A DNA stretch of 63,952 bases, counting the filler, from Stramenopiles sp. TOSAG23-2 (lineage: Eukaryota), in the NCBI GenBank assembly GCA_900128395.1. It is 23 parts of 23 records of this genome, joined end to end, with 100 filler letters (N's around TTAATTAATTAA, not from the genome) between each part and the next. Parts side by side here need not be neighbours in the genome. Positions count along the whole stretch, not along the records: positions 58,925 to 61,752 come from LT651509.1; positions 61,853 to 62,852 come from LT654096.1; positions 62,953 to 63,952 come from LT654097.1; 20 more parts are not named here. One strand, written 5' to 3'. Shown here in pieces: positions 59,724 through 63,952 of this stretch (position 1 is the first letter of the stretch; each line of letters begins with the position of its first letter). A program made the translations under genes and the position numbers. A model generated the notes under the pieces. It was given only the letters and a program-made list of their open reading frames with translations, did not search any database and was not told the DNA's origin.

Positions 59724-61433
59724 ATGCTATCCTTTATAAAGCGTGTCGGTAGCAATGGCGCTTATAATTTGATACGCCATCAGTACTGCAATATTAATAG
59801 TGGCAATATCAAACAAAGAACATTTAAAACAATAGGTACTGCATTAAACTTACATGATCAAAATGAAGTACAACTAAGATATGATTTAAGCATAGAATTA
59901 AATCAAAAGTTAAATACACTTACCGAGTTTGCATTGGCTGGTGGTGGTGATAAGGCTGTCAAACGGCATGTGGAAAAGAACAAAAAGCTACTTGTACGTG
60001 ATAGGATTAAACGATTACTAGATCCATCATCTACATTTATAGAATTTTCACTGCTTGCTGGTTTAGACTTGTATGGAACAAACGTTCAGGGTGCAGGTAC
60101 GGTATGCGGAATCGGTAAAGTGAATGGTAAAGATGTGATGGTGATTGCAAATGATGCGACTGTTAGTGGTGGTGCTGCATACCCAATTTCTGTGGCAAAA
60201 TCCCTCAGAGCGCAAGAAATTGCGCTGGAAAATCGATTGCCCTGTTTTTATATTGTCGATAGTGCTGGTGCATTTTTACCAATGCAAAGCGAAATTTTTC
60301 CAGATAAAAATCATGGTGGGCGATGGTTTTATAATCAAGCAAGGATGTCGTCAATAGATATACCCCAAATTGCTATCATATCTGGGTCATGTACTGCAGG
60401 TGGTGCATACATGTGTACAATGAGCGACGAAGCTGTTATTGTGAAAGATTTAGGTAAAGTTTTCTTGGGAGGCCCACCTTTAGTAAAAGCGGCGACTGGT
60501 GAGATTGTAAGCGAGTTGGAATTAGGAGGCGCTGATTTACATACAAAATTAAGTGGATGTACAGATCATTTTGCAGAGAATGAAGAGGAGGCTTTTGAAA
60601 TTGCACGTTTTATTGCAGAGACACTACCCGATAGAAAATTGTCATGGATTGGACACGAACAATCTAGATATTATAATATGGCTAATGAAAATAATAACAG
60701 TAAGAATAACAGTAATGTAAATGATAATAATAATAATAATAATAATAAAGGAATTCCACCTAAATTTGACACCAATGAATTATTAAGTATTGCATCTAGA
60801 ACAAATGAAAATGAAAGGATTAATATGCTTGAAGCATTGGCGCGTATTGTTGATGGTAGTAAATTACATGAGCATCGATCAAATTATGGAGAAACGTTAA
60901 TAACTGGGTGGGCGAGAATTGAAGGTATCTTAGTTGGAATAATAGCAAATAATGGACCGCTGGTAGAAGGTACATATGAAAAGTTTGAAAAAAAGAATGG
61001 AATTGAAAATGTTGGAGCCAGTGCATGTCCTGCAGCACTAAAAGGTTCTCATTTTATACGTTTATGTGAACAAAAAGAAATTCCATTAATTTATTTTGTT
61101 GATACGGATGATACTGATGACATAAGATATGGTGGTAAAAATGTCGGTGTTATGAAAGATATAGCAAAGATGATGCAAGTTGGAAATTCAACTGCGTTAC
61201 CAAAAATAACAATTGTATGTGGTCGAAATACTGGACCCAGTTCATTTGCCATGTCGCCAAGTAGTAGCAGTCCTACATTTTTACTTTCATGGCCTCATGC
61301 TAGATCTGGTATAGAAGGTAGTTTTTACGATTCCTTTTACGGGACATCAAGAATGTGGGATGATGGTATTATATCACCGATTGAAACACGTGAAAAATTA
61401 GGGGATTTATTAAGAATTATTGTAAAAGCTTAA
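59724..61433 (+). CDS. Methylcrotonyl-CoA carboxylase beta-like carboxyltransferase, probably mitochondrial
   Basis: KLLVRDRI..LLDP, ANDATVSGG, KSLRAQEIA, VDSAGAFLPMQ, GSCTAGGAY, GGPPLVKAATGE, RMWDDGII; presequence-like N-terminus. Confidence 0.9.
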   Translation: MLSFIKRVGSNGAYNLIRHQYCNINSGNIKQRTFKTIGTALNLHDQNEVQLRYDLSIELNQKLNTLTEFALAGGGDKAVKRHVEKNKKLLVRDRIKRLLDPSSTFIEFSLLAGLDLYGTNVQGAGTVCGIGKVNGKDVMVIANDATVSGGAAYPISVAKSLRAQEIALENRLPCFYIVDSAGAFLPMQSEIFPDKNHGGRWFYNQARMSSIDIPQIAIISGSCTAGGAYMCTMSDEAVIVKDLGKVFLGGPPLVKAATGEIVSELELGGADLHTKLSGCTDHFAENEEEAFEIARFIAETLPDRKLSWIGHEQSRYYNMANENNNSKNNSNVNDNNNNNNNKGIPPKFDTNELLSIASRTNENERINMLEALARIVDGSKLHEHRSNYGETLITGWARIEGILVGIIANNGPLVEGTYEKFEKKNGIENVGASACPAALKGSHFIRLCEQKEIPLIYFVDTDDTDDIRYGGKNVGVMKDIAKMMQVGNSTALPKITIVCGRNTGPSSFAMSPSSSSPTFLLSWPHARSGIEGSFYDSFYGTSRMWDDGIISPIETREKLGDLLRIIVKA

Positions 61434-61971
61434 TAAAAGGAGTGAGGAATACCTCTATAAAATACGACTGTAAAATTTTGTTTTCTTTTTTCGGCCACAC
61501 CCTTCTTTCGCAAAAAATTTTGCAGAATGTATATAAATAGAATAAAGTCACTTATTTTTGAAAGGCCTTGTGTTCTTGCTAATTATAACATTAACACAGC
61601 ATTAACAGGAAAAACCAGCAATATCATAATTATTTCGCTCTCTCAAGTACAACAAATACCTAATCTGTCCTATCAAATATATCAAACACTACAAATTTAC
61701 TGAGTATATGAAAAGGACTACATTAAGTATAAATATGATAGGAAATGAATGGNNNNNNNNNNNNNNNNNNNNNNNNNNNNNNNNNNNNNNNNNNNNTTAA
61801 TTAATTAANNNNNNNNNNNNNNNNNNNNNNNNNNNNNNNNNNNNNNNNNNNNTGATACTAAAAATACAATAATAAACGTAAAAATACATGGAAACATGTT
61901 AATGTACATAGTAGACACATTTGTATTTACATAAATATACATATATATATATATATAGTGTTGTTGATACA

Positions 61972-62002
<31 letters not shown>

Positions 62003-62050
62003 TATATATATATATATATTGTTTCTTTCTGTGTCATGGGACAACGTAAT

Positions 62051-62811
62051 ATGAAATTGTTTTTTGTATATATTGTCTTATTATTTACATTATTAATATG
62101 TATAATTGATGGACAAGATGCAAGAAATACAAAGGAACAATTAGAAGATACAAAACGTGTTAATGATTTGAAGGATGATGACATAAGAGGAGAGAAATCA
62201 TCTAGTAAATTAAATGTTATCAAACCAATAGGAATGACTGGAATGCGATCAATGGCAGAAATTCCTCCTATTCAACATACAATATTTGGTGCGGGATTAA
62301 AGAATGCCATTTAAGCCCTATTCAAATCCATGCACCGAGTGCAATGGACAAATCCAAAGAAAAGAGGAAAATAAGCAAAGTCCGTGAAGAGGCTGGAAAA
62401 GAACATGTCCGTATTATGCAAGAGATAAATATGAGGAATGCAGAGTCAAAATTAATGATCAATTCCTTAGACTTATTACGTAATGAAACCGTTGAAAGGA
62501 CCAAAGAGTACTTCACAATAGAACACCAAACGGTGAAACATAACGAAGAGGTTGCAAAAATGTTAAAAGAGGAAAGAATAAAGCGGCATAATGCAAATAT
62601 GGAAGAATTAAACCAAGTTACAATCAAAGGGTGGAGTGATATAAAAGGTCTGTCTATTAAATCAAAAGAGGAGCTTGATGTATTGAACCAAAAAGTGGAA
62701 GATTCTTTAACTCTGCAAAAACAAGAAGCGGATCAAAAAGTTGGAAAAGCCGATCATAATGTCTCGCTGATTGGAGATGCCTCTCAAGAACAGGCGTTAT
62801 GCCAAGGCTAG
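62051..62811 (+). CDS. Putatively secreted coiled-coil protein split by a frameshift or small intron near 62310
   Basis: Signal peptide MKLFFVYIVLLFTLLICIIDG; downstream helical ORF 62344-62811 is in a different frame. Confidence 0.45.
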
Positions 62812-62952
62812 GAAAGATAATTACACCAACGGAGATCGTTCACCATCACCAANNNNNNNNNNNNNNNNNNNNNNNNNNNNNNNNNNNNNNNNNNNNTTAA
62901 TTAATTAANNNNNNNNNNNNNNNNNNNNNNNNNNNNNNNNNNNNNNNNNNNN

Positions 62953-63952
62953 ATTGAATGTAATCGAGTGGACGTTATTAACATTTGCACCCCCTAGCCA
63001 ACAATTCGCTGTGTAATCTCCATTTGGCTCACTGTAAGTACTATCACGTAACCACCAATCACCACCATCTAATGCTTGATAATCAATATTTGGAGTATCA
63101 CTGTTCATGGCTTTGTTTGTGTAAGAACCGCCACCAGCTGGTTTGGATATTCCAGGTATAGTGCTGAAATAGCTACTGCCATATCTATTAACTAATTTCT
63201 CCCAATGATTTTTACTTCTTGGTATGATCATATCCATACCAAAATCCTTGCAAGTATTATCATCCGTTGATCTATACGTTCGTTTGCAATTGTTTTCACT
63301 CACTCCAGGTAAATCATCACATTTAATTGACGTGATGCCAGGCTGGCCTTCCTCTGGGTAATCGCACGCAAGAGTAACGCCTTTCAAAGGCCCCGGCATT
63401 GTAATTGTTTGTATTGACTGATCTTGCAGGCACATTCCTAAAGTATTTACATCTATTATTTTTAATTGATTAACTATAGAACAATTGCTTCTATATTCAA
63501 CTTCAATGGCAGTCATTTCCAAAGACATCTCACATACTTCTTTAGAGCTTACGATATCTATGATACATGTTTTGCACCCATCATCGACATACTTCTCGTT
63601 TATACTTAATGGAAGATCAATGGAATAATTTGTTGTGACGATTGGTACCGTACTCGTTGACCCATCTAGTGCCGATAAATCTAAATGCCTGATTCCCATG
63701 CTATCAAATTCAGGTCCATTTCCAGTTCCAGCAGCTTCTGTAAACATCGTCGTCCAATCATCGATACTATTGCATTTGACTTGTATTATTAAACCAACCG
63801 ACCACAAATTCCCTTTTGCCTGACCACTAGTTTTCGGGCCAGCGAAACCACCACCTTGTGCATCGCATACGGTTGCATTTTTTTTTCCACCGTAGTAAAT
63901 ACCACGTCCAGCCCAGCCACCGCTATTACATCCGCACTGTCGATTGTTATCC
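62953..63952 (-). CDS. Internal fragment of a large Cys/Gly/Trp-rich, probably extracellular protein
   Basis: Frame open across the whole 1-kb contig; GGWAGRGIYYGG and IPRSKNHW..WWLRDSTYSEPNGDYTANCWLG blocks. Confidence 0.8.

Noticed and set aside
1..63952. Gene cluster or operon-like system spanning the window
   Set aside because: Contigs are independent and largely length-sorted, so adjacency across linkers carries no information.

Overview
This window is not one locus. It is an artificial concatenation of 23 short contigs: 21 of about 2.83-2.87 kb in decreasing length order, then two of 1,000 bp. They are joined by a 100-bp linker (44 N + TTAATTAATTAA + 44 N). The DNA comes from an AT-rich eukaryote with short GT-AG introns, poly-Asn tracts and microsatellites. 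An uncultured marine protist (stramenopile-like) is plausible but is an inference, and inverted chimeras and local duplications suggest a whole-genome-amplified single cell. Gene order means nothing across linkers. Recognisable genes: tRNA-Lys(UUU), CENP-C/Mif2, Tim22, UEV/MMS2, HSBP1, pallidin-like BLOC-1 subunit, CWF19L1, OTU deubiquitinase, Nudix hydrolase, beta-propeller lactonase, class-V aminotransferase, MCC-beta-like carboxyltransferase, ARM/ankyrin/LRR/GYF/RRM proteins and an IS630/Tc1 DD34E transposase. Most interesting observations: (1) an apparently unnamed modular protein family, probably extracellular, found on two contigs with different N-terminal modules, a shared NSRLW..HDEI block and an RRRRLL C-terminus; (2) an ArsJ/Gap3-type (arsenate-detox) GAPDH with a frameshifting deletion; (3) a structured intron whose 3' end is built from 40-bp repeats and which holds a perfect 22-bp hairpin; (4) non-coding motifs recurring across unrelated contigs (a 3' ATGATGGTTAAAATC element, TCCTATCA inverted/tandem elements, and gene-specific micro-repeats upstream of genes). 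All family calls are from motif recognition, with no database search.
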